A stretch of DNA of 64,000 nucleotides from Chthoniobacterales bacterium (GTDB lineage: Bacteria; Verrucomicrobiota; Verrucomicrobiia; Chthoniobacterales; UBA10450), in NCBI GenBank assembly GCA_965218705.1, contig OZ244652.1:192327-256326 (forward strand), in the 5' to 3' direction. The translations under genes were made by a program, and so were the position numbers. The notes beneath the pieces were generated by a model. The model saw only the letters and a program-made list of their open reading frames with translations, was not told the DNA's origin and made no database searches. This document shows, in pieces, positions 38,941-48,934 of this stretch. Every line of letters begins with the position of its first letter. Position 1 is the stretch's first letter.

Positions 38941-40584
38941 TCAGCTCACTGGGCAAAAAGGTCGGGACCGCGTTGGCTTCGATCCCTGGCCCTCCCGGCG
39001 TCGTGTTAACCCCTCTTTGCGCGCCAGAGTACAGCTGACCCGGGTGCCGCGGTCAATCTTGGAATCCACTTCGAGGGCGCCGCCGATGATGTCGGCGCGA
39101 TATTTCATCATGTGGATGCCCATTCCCTTCGTCCGACGCTGCACCGAAAAGCCACGGCCGTCGTCTTCGATGGTGAGGACGAGTTTTCCGCGGTCGCGCC
39201 GGAGTGAGACGATGATGTTTTTCGCCTGCGCACTCTTGATCGCGTTGTTCATCGCCTCCTGGGCGATGCGGTAAAGGTGCAACGCGAGGGCGTCGTTCTG
39301 CACGCGGACGGCGCGAGGGCAATCCAGGAGGCAACGGGTCGGCCCTTGATTGTAGCGGTAAGCGAGCTCGCGCAGGGCATTGGCGAGGCCGGAAGCGCTC
39401 AATTCCACAGGATAAAGGCCCCGCGCCAGATCGCGCGCCACGCCTACATTGTCATTCACGATGCGCGCGGCCTCGGAGAGGACATCGGCGCCGGCCGGGT
39501 TGCGGCCTTTGATCTTGTGGGCGGCTGATTGCAGGAAAAAAGCGGCGGCCGCCAACTCCTGGCAGAGTCCATCGTGCAGATCCTGGCCGATCCCGCGTTT
39601 TTCGCGTTCGCTAATGAGCAGAATTTCCTCTTCAAGCTGGGCGCGCTGCTTGATTTCGGCCTGCAGTTCGCGGTTGGCGTGGCTGAGCTCTGCGGTGCGC
39701 TCGCGCACCCGATGTTCCAGCAGGCGGTGGGATTTGCGTAGCTCTTGCTCGGCCGTGCGCCGATCGGTCGCATCGCAGGCGACCTTGGCAAAACCGCGCA
39801 GGTTACCCTGCTCATCGTCGAGCCGGCGCATGACGCCATCGACCCAGAGGCGTGAGCCATCCTTGCGGATGTGCCAGCGTCGATCGCTGGCCGAACCGTC
39901 GCGCAGAGCGATGGCCAACTCCTTCTCCTCCTGCTTCACCGCGCAGTCTTCGGGGGTAAAAATAAGCCGGCCGTTCCGGCCCAAGGCCTCGTCGGCCGTC
40001 CAGCCGAAATTGCGTTCCGCGCCCGCGCTCCAGTAGATGATGCGGTTGCCCGGATCGAGCTGGAAGATGGCGTAATCCCGGGCGCCATCGACGAGCAGAC
40101 GGAAGCGTTCTTCGCTCGTGGCCAGCGCCTCGGAACGATGTCTCTCCTGGGTCACGTCCTGGGCCACCCCGGCGACGCGGGAGATCTTCCCCTGCTCGTC
40201 ACGGATGACGAAGCCGGTGTCACGAATCCAGCGGGCCGCGCCGTCGCTCGGCCGAATGATTCGATATTCCGCTGTGCTGCTCCGGCCCGCCAGAAGCCGC
40301 GGCATGGCTTGCCGAGCTTCCTCCCGATCGTCCGGGTGCACGAGTTCGAGCCAGCGCTCTATATTGGCCATGACCGGCTTCCGTGGCTCGCCCATGATCT
40401 TTTCGTAGACCGGGTTGAGATATTCGAGCTGGCCGGTCTTTCCGTCTACGATCCAGAAAATCTCGGATGAGTTCTCCGCAAACTGGTGAAAGCGTTCCTC
40501 TCTTTTCAGCAGGTCCTGCTTCCTGGCGGTGATCGGGACCCGCTTTTTCGAGCGGTCGCGGGCGGCGTTCAGTTTGGTGGCCAT
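38941..40584 (-). CDS. Sensor histidine kinase (tandem PAS, HisKA_3, HATPase_c)
   Basis: H-box GIGQDLHDGLCQEL of the NarX/DegS type, with PAS segments upstream. I chose the Met at 40584. Confidence 0.88.
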   Translation of the reverse strand: MATKLNAARDRSKKRVPITARKQDLLKREERFHQFAENSSEIFWIVDGKTGQLEYLNPVYEKIMGEPRKPVMANIERWLELVHPDDREEARQAMPRLLAGRSSTAEYRIIRPSDGAARWIRDTGFVIRDEQGKISRVAGVAQDVTQERHRSEALATSEERFRLLVDGARDYAIFQLDPGNRIIYWSAGAERNFGWTADEALGRNGRLIFTPEDCAVKQEEKELAIALRDGSASDRRWHIRKDGSRLWVDGVMRRLDDEQGNLRGFAKVACDATDRRTAEQELRKSHRLLEHRVRERTAELSHANRELQAEIKQRAQLEEEILLISEREKRGIGQDLHDGLCQELAAAAFFLQSAAHKIKGRNPAGADVLSEAARIVNDNVGVARDLARGLYPVELSASGLANALRELAYRYNQGPTRCLLDCPRAVRVQNDALALHLYRIAQEAMNNAIKSAQAKNIIVSLRRDRGKLVLTIEDDGRGFSVQRRTKGMGIHMMKYRADIIGGALEVDSKIDRGTRVSCTLARKEGLTRRREGQGSKPTRSRPFCPVS

Positions 40585-40872
40585 GGCAATGGTAGGCAGC
40601 CGTGCAATCTGCCCCTCCGCCCAGCTTGTGCCCCTTAGAGGAACGAAACCGGCCCGAGGAACGGTCGGGTTTTTCCAATGTAGACGCTTTCTTCGGGGGA
40701 GCGCGGGCCTGAGTTCCAATGCAAACTGCTCCTGCGTCGCGCAGAGGGCAAGGTTCACATCGCACGCTTGTCCCCGCGACAGGAGGCAGGCTCGGCTCAA
40801 AGAAAAGTTTGGTTCCGCCAGACAAAACCGGCAGTTGGCGGCGTCTCATTTTTAAAAGACCGTGAAGAACCA

Positions 40873-41367
40873 ATGGCAAGCTCTCTTACCGAGGAGGATT
40901 GGAAAACCTGTTTCACCCAATGGGGACCAGCACTCCTTCTCTTCGCCCGACGCTGGACCAACTCCCGCGCGGAGGCCGAGGACGTCGTGCAGGACGCTTT
41001 TATTCGGTTCTGGCGCCAGCAGTATTCGATCGAAAATCGTGCTCTGTTGTATGCTACCATTCGCACGACGGCGCTCGATCGCTGGCGCAGCAACCAGCGG
41101 CGCGTCCGGCGGGAGGCAGCGGTCGCGCTGGAATGCGACCCCCATTTGGAACCGCACTTCGCCGAGCTGGATGAAAGCCAGCAACTTCTGGCAGCCGCGG
41201 TGGAACGTTTGCCTAACGAACAACGGGAAGTCGTTACTTTGAAAATCTGGAACGAACTCACCTTCGCCGAGATTGCGGAAGTCCTGGAGATCTCGCCCAA
41301 TACCGCCGCCTCGCGCTATCGCTACGCCCTCGGCGCTCTCCGCAAAACCCTGCAACCCCATGAATGA
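40873..41367 (+). CDS. ECF-type RNA polymerase sigma factor
   Basis: Region 2 (AEDVVQDAFIRFW) and region 4 (LPNEQREVVTLKIWNELTFAEIAEVLEISPNTAASRY). Met at 40873. Confidence 0.88.
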   Translation: MASSLTEEDWKTCFTQWGPALLLFARRWTNSRAEAEDVVQDAFIRFWRQQYSIENRALLYATIRTTALDRWRSNQRRVRREAAVALECDPHLEPHFAELDESQQLLAAAVERLPNEQREVVTLKIWNELTFAEIAEVLEISPNTAASRYRYALGALRKTLQPHE

Positions 41368-41860
41368 ATTTCCCGAACTCGAAGCCGAGCTGAAGAAACT
41401 GCGGCCGGCGCCGGTTTCCGACGCGCTGATGGCCCGGGTGGAGCAGGCTCTGCTCCCGGGCAACCAAACGCCGACCGCCGGCGTGCTCCCGCAGCGATCC
41501 CGGTCCCTTGGCTGGTGGTCGCTCGGCCTCGGCTTGAGCGCGGCCGCGGCCTTGGTTTTTATTGCTCTGACTTGGCTCGCCCAGCCGGCGCCCGTCACGC
41601 CTGCGGTGGCTCAGACGACCCCGTCGGTCCGAGCCGAGGTCGAGAGCGGCGGGTTGCAACCTTCGGCCCTCACTCGCGTCGTCTATCATCGGCGCGATGA
41701 AGGTCTCATTTTCTCGCCTAACCAATCGGAGCGTCCGCTCCGGCGGGTCCGCTACGACACCCGCGAAACGATGCAGTGGCGCAACCCCCAGACCGGGGCG
41801 TCGCTGCGCGTTTCCTATCCGGCGGAGCAGGTCGTCCTCACGCCGGTCTCCTTTCAATAA
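41360..41860 (+). CDS. Putative anti-sigma factor (single-pass membrane protein)
   Basis: Overlaps the sigma gene stop. 166 aa with one TM (WWSLGLGLSAAAALVFIALTWLA). Confidence 0.55.
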   Translation: MNEFPELEAELKKLRPAPVSDALMARVEQALLPGNQTPTAGVLPQRSRSLGWWSLGLGLSAAAALVFIALTWLAQPAPVTPAVAQTTPSVRAEVESGGLQPSALTRVVYHRRDEGLIFSPNQSERPLRRVRYDTRETMQWRNPQTGASLRVSYPAEQVVLTPVSFQ

Positions 41861-41873
41861 AACAAACCAAGCC

Positions 41874-42956
41874 ATGAAAAAATCCGTTATTCTTACAAGT
41901 GCTCTGAGCACTCTTTTACCTCTGGCGGCGCTAGCCCAGACCCCCAGCTCCACTGCATCTCCCACGGTGTCTGCCACTCAATCCATTCCCCAAACGCCTG
42001 CGGTCGCGCCCGTCGCTCCCGCGCCCGCTGTGCCGCCCGCCCCTCCTGCTCCTCCCGCGCCGCCGCACCGGCATTCCGATAGCGACGAGCCCAAAGGACC
42101 GGTCACCTTCCTGGGAGTCGAGACTTCCGAAGTGCCGCGGGTGCTCTCGGAACAAATGGACCTGCCGCGCGGTTTTGGCGTGGTGGTTGACTATATCGTC
42201 CCGAAGAGTGCCGCCGAGGCAGGCGGCCTGCAGCAAAGCGATGTCATTCGCATGTTGAACGACCAGCAGATCGTGAATCCCAGCCAGCTGGGCAAATTGG
42301 TTCGGAGTTTTCCGGAAGGTTCTTCGGTCGATTTTACCATCATGCGCAAAGGCAAGGAGATGAAATTGAACATTAAACTCGGAAAGAAAGAAGGATCGGC
42401 TGGGCGCAGTCGCTACGGCTTTAAGCAGAAGTGGGACTTCGACGATTTTGATAAGAACTTTAATTTCGAGGCACCGGATATAACCTCGGTGCGCGAAGCG
42501 GTGGCCCTGGCCAAAGCCCAGGCCGGCAAGGCGCGCGCCGAGGCGGAAAAAGCCGTGCGTGGTCTCCGGATTGTGACGAGCGACGAAGGCCTGACCAAAT
42601 CAACCCGCATCGACTTGGGGAAGGCCACCATCACTTTCTCCAATGACCAGGGCGAACTCCAGATCGAAAACGTGAATGGTCGCAAGATGCTGACGGCCAA
42701 AGACGCGGAAGGTAAGACGCTTTACAACGGGCCGATCGAGACTCCGGAAGACCGGGCCAAACTGCCGGATAACGTGCGCCAGCGTCTCCAAAAATTGGAA
42801 CGTCAGGAATTGCCCGAGGCGCCCGAACCTCCGGAACCCCCTGAGGCCCCGGAAGCGCCCGGGGCGAACCAGTCAGCTCAAATGAAGAGCGCGCAACGAG
42901 CCGTCTACGCCCCTAACGAGCGCTCCGGCTGGCGTCGCAGCACCTTCGCCCTGTAA
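41874..42956 (+). CDS. Secreted PDZ-domain protein with Pro-rich termini
   Basis: Signal peptide MKKSVILTSALSTLLPLAALA and a PDZ-like GVVVDYIVPKSAAEAGGLQQSDVIRMLNDQQI. Confidence 0.7.
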   Translation: MKKSVILTSALSTLLPLAALAQTPSSTASPTVSATQSIPQTPAVAPVAPAPAVPPAPPAPPAPPHRHSDSDEPKGPVTFLGVETSEVPRVLSEQMDLPRGFGVVVDYIVPKSAAEAGGLQQSDVIRMLNDQQIVNPSQLGKLVRSFPEGSSVDFTIMRKGKEMKLNIKLGKKEGSAGRSRYGFKQKWDFDDFDKNFNFEAPDITSVREAVALAKAQAGKARAEAEKAVRGLRIVTSDEGLTKSTRIDLGKATITFSNDQGELQIENVNGRKMLTAKDAEGKTLYNGPIETPEDRAKLPDNVRQRLQKLERQELPEAPEPPEPPEAPEAPGANQSAQMKSAQRAVYAPNERSGWRRSTFAL

Positions 42957-42969
42957 CCGGTGCGCAACC

Positions 42970-43071
42970 GGGAGGGCGAGACTCGGTCGAGCCGGGGAGA
43001 GCGGTTCTTTCGTCGTGGTGGGTCTTCCCCCCCCCCCCCCCCCCCCCGGCTCGACCGAGTCTCGCCCTCCC
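42970..43071. repeat. Perfect 28-bp inverted repeat enclosing a 21-nt poly-C tract
   Basis: gggagggcgagactcggtcgagccgggg (42970-42997) pairs with ccccggctcgaccgagtctcgccctccc (43044-43071). The C run spans 43027-43047. Confidence 0.9.
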
Positions 43072-43109
43072 AACGCGTTTGCGAGAGGGGCATCTCCCCC
43101 TAGAGTCTG

Positions 43110-44483
43110 GTGCGCTCGGGTTGCCGCGCGCGCCAGATGCCCGAGCTAAACCCGTCCGAGACGCCGCGCGATCCTTACGCGGCTTTTCGTTTCTCCGGAT
43201 TCGCTTTTTACACCCTTGGGAATTTCATCTCCATCACCGGTCGGCAGATGCTGACCATCGCGATCGAGTGGGAGGTCTACGCTCGCACCCACTCGGCCAC
43301 GGCCCTCGGCCTGGTGGGCCTCGTCGCCGCTCTCCCCATCGTCACGCTCTCGCTCCCGGCCGGTCACGTAGCCGATCGTTTCCGCCGCAAATCGATCATC
43401 CTCTGGACGCAAGCGGCCAGCGCCCTCTGCTCGCTCTGCCTGGCACTGGTCTCGTGGCGGCATCTGAGTATTCCGCGCCTCGGCATTTTGGTCTGGGTTA
43501 ACGATGGACTGCGCTCGATCGCCACCGTTTTCGAACGTCATGTTTCTTTCCACTTCGACGATCTTTCCCTGCCGCTGCTTTATCTCCTCATGTTTTTAGC
43601 TGCGACCATCCGCACCTTTGGCTGGGCCGCGCGGGCTTCCTTTGTCCCGACCCTCGTGCCGCGTGAAACCTTCGCCAACGCCGTTACCTGGAATAGCAGC
43701 ATCTTTCAAATCAGTTCCGTGCTCGGCCCGGCGTTAGGTGGTTTTTTGATCGTTAGGCAGGGATTCCCTTTTGTTTACGCGCTGGATGCTGCCTGCGCGC
43801 TGGGGTTTTTCTGCATGGTTCTGCCCATTCAAAAAATCCGCGAGAGCCGCCGCGTCCTGACCGGCGCCTGGCACAGTCTGGCCGAGGGAATTCGTTTCGT
43901 CTGGAGCAGAGAGATCATCCTCGCCACCATCACGCTTGATTTGTTTGCGGTGCTCCTGGGGGGTGCGACCGCGTTGCTCCCGATTTTTGCCGATCAGATT
44001 TTGCATTGCGGACCGATTGGTCTCGGCTGGCTCCGCGCCGCCCCAGCCATCGGCGCCTTTTTTATGGCGCTGGTCATCGCTTATCTGCCGCCGATGCGAC
44101 GAGCCGGCCGCACGCTGCTCTGGTCCGTGAGCGGCTTTGGCGCGGCCACCATCGTCTTTGGCGCTTCGCACTGGTTCTGGCTCTCGCTCCTCATGCTCTT
44201 CCTGACGGGTCTGTTCGACAGCGTCAGCATGGTCGTTAGGCAAACGCTCGTGCAGTTGCTCACGCCCGATGAGATGCGGGGCCGGGTTTCAGCCGTGAAC
44301 AATATTTTCATCGGCACTTCCAACGAGTTCGGTGCGCTCGAATCGGGTCTGACGGCAGCTCTCTTCGGCCCCGTCGTCTCCGTCATCGCCGGTGGCATCG
44401 GAACGATCCTGGTGGTCGCGGCGGTTGCCGTCAAATGGCCTGCGACGCGCAGGATCGGTGCGCTGGACAAGACTCTGGCCTAA
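43110..44483 (+). CDS. MFS transporter
   Basis: 457 aa, about 12 TM; an alternative Met lies at 43137. The TAA stop is inside a GCCTAACGA copy. Confidence 0.85.
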   Translation: MRSGCRARQMPELNPSETPRDPYAAFRFSGFAFYTLGNFISITGRQMLTIAIEWEVYARTHSATALGLVGLVAALPIVTLSLPAGHVADRFRRKSIILWTQAASALCSLCLALVSWRHLSIPRLGILVWVNDGLRSIATVFERHVSFHFDDLSLPLLYLLMFLAATIRTFGWAARASFVPTLVPRETFANAVTWNSSIFQISSVLGPALGGFLIVRQGFPFVYALDAACALGFFCMVLPIQKIRESRRVLTGAWHSLAEGIRFVWSREIILATITLDLFAVLLGGATALLPIFADQILHCGPIGLGWLRAAPAIGAFFMALVIAYLPPMRRAGRTLLWSVSGFGAATIVFGASHWFWLSLLMLFLTGLFDSVSMVVRQTLVQLLTPDEMRGRVSAVNNIFIGTSNEFGALESGLTAALFGPVVSVIAGGIGTILVVAAVAVKWPATRRIGALDKTLA

Positions 44484-44503
44484 CGAATTCTACCTAGAAT
44501 TCG
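44484..44503. terminator. Short palindrome spanning the gap between convergent stop codons
   Basis: cgaattcta-cc-tagaattcg, with 9-nt arms and no T-run. Confidence 0.3.
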
Positions 44504-45423
44504 CCATGGAGCGTGAGTGCGCCGTAGGGAGCGCCGCTCTCGTAGTGGTAACGCACCTCGGTGCGGTGATAATCGAACTGCCGATAAGGGACGTAGCCCC
44601 CTTCCAGCGTGAGGGTGAGCGAAGCATTGATTTTCCAAGCCGCGCCCACGCCGGCACGAATTTCTTCGTAGCTCAGCCAGGCATTGTTCAAGCCGGTATC
44701 GTCGTGATTGTCGCCGAAGTGGTCGTCGGTGCGGAAGGTGTTGGCCTTGATGTCGGCGCCGGCAAAGAGGGTGAGATTGCGATTGGGGCTATACTCGAGG
44801 CGCGGGGTGGGCAGAACGGCGCTGAGGACCCAATCGGGGGCAAATTTCCAGCGGATACCCCCGCCCGGCAAGACGGGAAAACGACTCTGGAAATTGACGC
44901 CTACGCCGAAGACGAGCTGCACTTCCGGGCTGTAAATATAAGTGCCGCCGAGGACGAACGGGACGTTGAATGCATCCCCATCGAGTTGATCGAACGATGT
45001 GCCGTACAAACCTGGCTGCGCTTCGAAGCGGACCAGGATCGAGTCGGAGAATTTCGTGTCGAGACCAACGATGGAGTTAAAGCTCTGCAGCGTGTTGGGC
45101 AACTGCTGACCGCCATTGGGAAAGCCAAAGGAGTAGCGCTCCCACTGTGCGCCCAAACGCAGAATTCCAAAGGCCACCCGCGGCGTGTAGATAAATGAGA
45201 CATTCGAATAGTATTCGTCGAAGTCGCTTACGACTCGATTGCCCCGCTGGACGTCGGCGTCGCCGAGATAGGCTTGCTCGACCGTGAACTCGGCCGAAAA
45301 ACGGTAGGGAACTTCTTCGATCATGGCTTGCTCGGTGGCGGTAAGCTGCTTGCCCTCCCCGGCCAAAAGCGGAGTCGCCAGCGTGAGCAGAAGAAGACTG
45401 GACAGGAAAAAGCGAGGAATCAT
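44494..45423 (-). CDS. Predicted outer-membrane beta-barrel protein (module A)
   Basis: Signal peptide, alternating amphipathic strands and a C-terminal ...LTLHGEF ending in Phe. Paralog of 49950-50870. Confidence 0.65.
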   Translation of the reverse strand: MIPRFFLSSLLLLTLATPLLAGEGKQLTATEQAMIEEVPYRFSAEFTVEQAYLGDADVQRGNRVVSDFDEYYSNVSFIYTPRVAFGILRLGAQWERYSFGFPNGGQQLPNTLQSFNSIVGLDTKFSDSILVRFEAQPGLYGTSFDQLDGDAFNVPFVLGGTYIYSPEVQLVFGVGVNFQSRFPVLPGGGIRWKFAPDWVLSAVLPTPRLEYSPNRNLTLFAGADIKANTFRTDDHFGDNHDDTGLNNAWLSYEEIRAGVGAAWKINASLTLTLEGGYVPYRQFDYHRTEVRYHYESGAPYGALTLHGEF

Positions 45424-46418
45424 CGGGAACCTTCGCGCTGAAAGAGCGTAGCTGCTCTTAAAATATCTTTGCGCATGGCAGATTCCGAGGCCAGGCGCTC
45501 GATCCCATGCAATTCGCCCAGCGAATTAGCGGAAACCAAATCGCCGCGCCACACCAGGGTGGAAGCGCGTCCGCCGATTTCGACCGGCCAGAGTTGGTAA
45601 AGCGTGAGCGCGACGTTGAAGCCGCCGCTCGCGTAGTAGAGCCCGTCCGCGATCATCGTCCCCTCCCCGGAGGCAGAGCGCTGGTAGGACGCCCCGAGCG
45701 TGAGGACGCCCTCGTCTTCCACCTCGAGTAATTCCCAATACAGGTCTGGCCGGATCGAGCCTTTGCCTCCGACCAGGCCGGTGGAGTCAAGGAAACGGCC
45801 GAACTGTCGCTGAAGTTTGCCTTGTTGCCTAACGAGGCTTGAAAATTCCTTCCCGGGCTGCGCGGGATTGGGGCTGTGATCGTAGGCTGCTTCCGCGCTG
45901 GCCCCGCCTTCCGTAAAAGCCTGGGCGCGTTTGGCCAGGACGCGAACCCAAAAACCAAAGACCGGTTCGCCCGCCGAAAAACTCTTCGCTTCGTCCTGGC
46001 TAAGCTGCAGTTGCGGCGACATTTTTTGGGTCGCGGCTTCGAGCGATTTGACCGCGCCATTCCCTGGCGGGTCGTTCAGTTTCGAGAAATTCGGCGCCGA
46101 AGGCGCGGCCGGCAGGTCGGAATGCAGATAAACTTTGAGCTCGCGATGGGCGGTCGGATCGAACCGTTTCATGGCGGCGATGACCTGCGCGGGCGGTTTG
46201 GGGATCACGAAGCAGCTTTGCGCCGAGAGGTGGCGCGGATTGCTCATGGGCGCGCCGGTGGCTGTCTTGATCTCGCCCTTGGCCAGTTCGTTCAGGTCCA
46301 CTTTTCCGAAGACGGAAAATGACGCCATTTCCGAAACGGGATCGGCTGCTTGGCTCGACGGATGGCCGAGGGCGAGGACGAGGAGGAGAACGAGGACGAA
46401 AGAGCGAGCCGGTTTCAT
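45420..46418 (-). CDS. Secreted protein of unknown function (module A)
   Basis: Signal peptide MKPARSFVLVLLLVLALG. Paralog of 48935-49936 (shared blocks QSCFVIPKP/QSCYFIRAP and LTLYQLWPVE..TLVWRGDLVSA/LDLTQLWPVEGGTLVWQVGFVSA). ATGA overlap with the barrel gene. Confidence 0.65.
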   Translation of the reverse strand: MKPARSFVLVLLLVLALGHPSSQAADPVSEMASFSVFGKVDLNELAKGEIKTATGAPMSNPRHLSAQSCFVIPKPPAQVIAAMKRFDPTAHRELKVYLHSDLPAAPSAPNFSKLNDPPGNGAVKSLEAATQKMSPQLQLSQDEAKSFSAGEPVFGFWVRVLAKRAQAFTEGGASAEAAYDHSPNPAQPGKEFSSLVRQQGKLQRQFGRFLDSTGLVGGKGSIRPDLYWELLEVEDEGVLTLGASYQRSASGEGTMIADGLYYASGGFNVALTLYQLWPVEIGGRASTLVWRGDLVSANSLGELHGIERLASESAMRKDILRAATLFQREGSR

Positions 46419-46542
46419 ATGGTGGTTTTAGTTTTCGGTGGATGCAGCCTCTGTCAACGTCCAGCTGCAGGTTGCGCCTTGAAATAGGGGCCGTTTTCCT
46501 TAGTGAGAAGCGGATGAAGTCACGCCGGACGAAAGCAAGAGA

Positions 46543-47496
46543 ATGAGCGAATCGATCATCTCTCTGCGTGGTCTTACGAAATCGTACGGCGACCTCAAGG
46601 CGGTGCGCGATTTGTCGCTGGAGGTAAAGCGCGGAGAAATTTTCGGTTTTTTGGGGGCCAACGGCGCCGGCAAGACGACCACCATGCGAATGCTCTGCGG
46701 GCTCCTGCGCCCGACCGCTGGCCAGGCCACCATCGAGGGAGCCGATGTCTGGCGCGATCGCTACGCCGTGCGAGCCAAGTTTGGCTACATGGCGCAAAAG
46801 TTCAGTCTCTATCCCGATCTCACGGTGCTGGAAAACCTGCGCTTCTTCGCCGGAGCTTACCGGGTCGCGCCGCGCGAAGTGGAAAGCCGGATCGACCGTT
46901 TGCTCAAGCAAATGGATTTGATCCAGAAGCGGGAGGCCGCCGCGGGCAGTCTTTCCGGTGGGATGCGGCAATTGCTCGCGCTGAGTTGCGCTCTAGTGCA
47001 CGAGCCGCCTCTCCTTTTTCTCGATGAACCGACCTCGGGTCTCGACCCCGTCCATCGCCAGCAAATGTGGGATTTGCTTTACGATCTGAGCGACAGCGGC
47101 ATCACGATTTTTGTGACGACCCATTACATGGATGAAGCGGAACGCTGCACGGAAGTCGGCTTCCTGCACGAGGGCCGGCTTCTGGCCAAGGCTTCGCCTC
47201 GCAAGCTGAAGGCCACCTTCAAGGCGCGCCTGCTGGAGCTGGAAGTCAAACCGACCATGCCCGCGCTCGTTAGGCTGCGCGAAACCTCCGGCATTTTGGG
47301 CGTGTCGCTACGCAGCGGCAGTTTGCGGCTTTATGCGCCGGAGGCGGAATCCCTGCTGGCTCAGTGGGAAAAGGAATGGCCTTTCTCCGATATTCGGTTG
47401 CTGGGACATCGTTGGGCGGAGCCGGACATGGAGGATGTCTTCACCGCTTACTCGCAGGGTTATGACGCGATGCTGGAAGAGGAGGCGCTCAACTGA
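46543..47496 (+). CDS. ABC transporter ATP-binding protein (ABC-2 type)
   Basis: Walker A GANGAGKTT, signature LSGGMRQ, Walker B LLFLDEP, plus a C-terminal accessory domain. Confidence 0.94.
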   Translation: MSESIISLRGLTKSYGDLKAVRDLSLEVKRGEIFGFLGANGAGKTTTMRMLCGLLRPTAGQATIEGADVWRDRYAVRAKFGYMAQKFSLYPDLTVLENLRFFAGAYRVAPREVESRIDRLLKQMDLIQKREAAAGSLSGGMRQLLALSCALVHEPPLLFLDEPTSGLDPVHRQQMWDLLYDLSDSGITIFVTTHYMDEAERCTEVGFLHEGRLLAKASPRKLKATFKARLLELEVKPTMPALVRLRETSGILGVSLRSGSLRLYAPEAESLLAQWEKEWPFSDIRLLGHRWAEPDMEDVFTAYSQGYDAMLEEEALN

Positions 47497-48680
47497 TGCG
47501 CCTCCCATCCCTGCAAGCCATCCGCAGCGTGGCGGTCAAAGAGCTCATCCACATTTATCGTGATTGGCGCATCCTCGTGCTGCTGCTCATTCTGCCGCCG
47601 GTCTTTACCCTTATTTTCGGGCACGCCTTTGAAGTCGGCGGTGCCAGCAATGTGCCGGCCCTGCTCGAAAACCGCGACCATTCGCCAGCCAGCGCGCAGT
47701 TCGTCGCGCAACTCAAAGAGGGCACCACCTTTCGCTGGAAAACCGGGGGCAAGATCGGACGCGATCCCCAGCTTTTGCAGAATCACGTGCGGGCCGCCCT
47801 GGTCATTCCGGAGGGGTGGGGGACGAGCTTAAAGAACGGCGATCCTACTCCGCTCCAGCTCTACCTCGACGGCAGCGACACTAATACTGCGAGCGAGTTG
47901 GAAGGCCGCATGCAGGAAAGCCTGGGCGAATTTCAAAAAAAACAGCTCGAAGCCACTGTCCAGAATCTGCCGGATAAAGTCATCGACCTGGCCAAGGAAT
48001 TGCCTGTGACGGTGCGGAAGGAGTTTGTCTCCGCCATGAGCCAATGGGACGTGAAAACGCACATTCTCTATAACCCGCGCCAGCGTTTTATCGATTACGT
48101 CGTCCCGGGGATTATCGGGCTCATTTTGCAATTGCTCACCGTGACTTTGACAGCCTGCACGATCGCGCGTGAACGAGAGTCCGGCACGCTTTACCAACTC
48201 ATGGTCACGACGCTCCGGCGCGGCGAAATTGTGATCGGCAAAATCCTGCCTTATCTGGCTATTTCGGTTCTCCTCATCCTGGTCGTCTTCTTTGTGGCCG
48301 GCTGGCATTTCCAGGTGCAATTCCACCAGCACCTCATGCTGGGACTGATTTGCCTGCTCTTTTTGCTTTGTTCGTTAGGCTTAGGCGTGCTGATCTCGGC
48401 GTTTTCCCGGACGCAGACCCAGGCCATTCAGCTATCTGTTTTCTTCCTGTTGCCGGTCTTTGTTTTGTCGGGCGCGTTTGCCCCGCTCGAGCAATTGCCG
48501 CGGGCGATTCGATATCTCTCGGAATGTTTTCCGCTGACTCATTTCTGCCGGGCTTTTCGGTTGGTAAATCTTTATCGGGCTGACGTGGGGTTTTACAGTA
48601 ACGACTTGATCTTTCTCTGCCTTGGAGCGGTGGTGACATTTTTTGGCGCGGCCATTTTGCTCAAACGAATCCAGGAATAA
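47496..48680 (+). CDS. ABC-2 family permease with a large N-terminal extracytoplasmic loop
   Basis: 394 aa with one N-terminal TM, a loop of about 170 aa, then 5 TM. ATGA overlap with the ATPase gene. Confidence 0.88.
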   Translation: MRLPSLQAIRSVAVKELIHIYRDWRILVLLLILPPVFTLIFGHAFEVGGASNVPALLENRDHSPASAQFVAQLKEGTTFRWKTGGKIGRDPQLLQNHVRAALVIPEGWGTSLKNGDPTPLQLYLDGSDTNTASELEGRMQESLGEFQKKQLEATVQNLPDKVIDLAKELPVTVRKEFVSAMSQWDVKTHILYNPRQRFIDYVVPGIIGLILQLLTVTLTACTIARERESGTLYQLMVTTLRRGEIVIGKILPYLAISVLLILVVFFVAGWHFQVQFHQHLMLGLICLLFLLCSLGLGVLISAFSRTQTQAIQLSVFFLLPVFVLSGAFAPLEQLPRAIRYLSECFPLTHFCRAFRLVNLYRADVGFYSNDLIFLCLGAVVTFFGAAILLKRIQE

Positions 48681-48690
48681 GCGCCCGGCG

Positions 48691-48905
48691 GTTGTCGACG
48701 CTTCGCTCTGCGCAGCGCGGGTGTGAGCGCGATTCCAAACGTGCGTTCGTTGGGCCAAAAGGCGCCGGTAGCGTGGGAGGCCGTCGCCACGCTTAAGAAC
48801 ACAAAAGACGAAATGGGGCCTATCGGGCTGGGGCTTGAGCGATATGCGAAATTCCCTGACCGGACTAACTCACACCCGCGTTCCGCAAAGCGAAAACGTC
48901 TACAT
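48691..48905. repeat. MITE-like element bounded by ~37-bp inverted repeats (TGTAGACG..CGGGTGTGAG family)
   Basis: gttgtcgacgcttcgctctgcgcagcgcgggtgtgagcgc (48691-48730) faces actcacacccgcgttccgcaaagcgaaaacgtctaca (48868-48904). Same family as 59668-59802. Confidence 0.7.
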
Positions 48906-48934
48906 GCTTGGAGGCGGCGGATGAACTGCCGCAG

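Noticed and set aside
40800-40872. ECF-type autoregulated promoter upstream of the sigma factor gene
   Set aside because: An AAC...CGTCT pair is present, but by my count the spacer is about 13 nt, shorter than typical ECF promoters. That is not enough to support a call.
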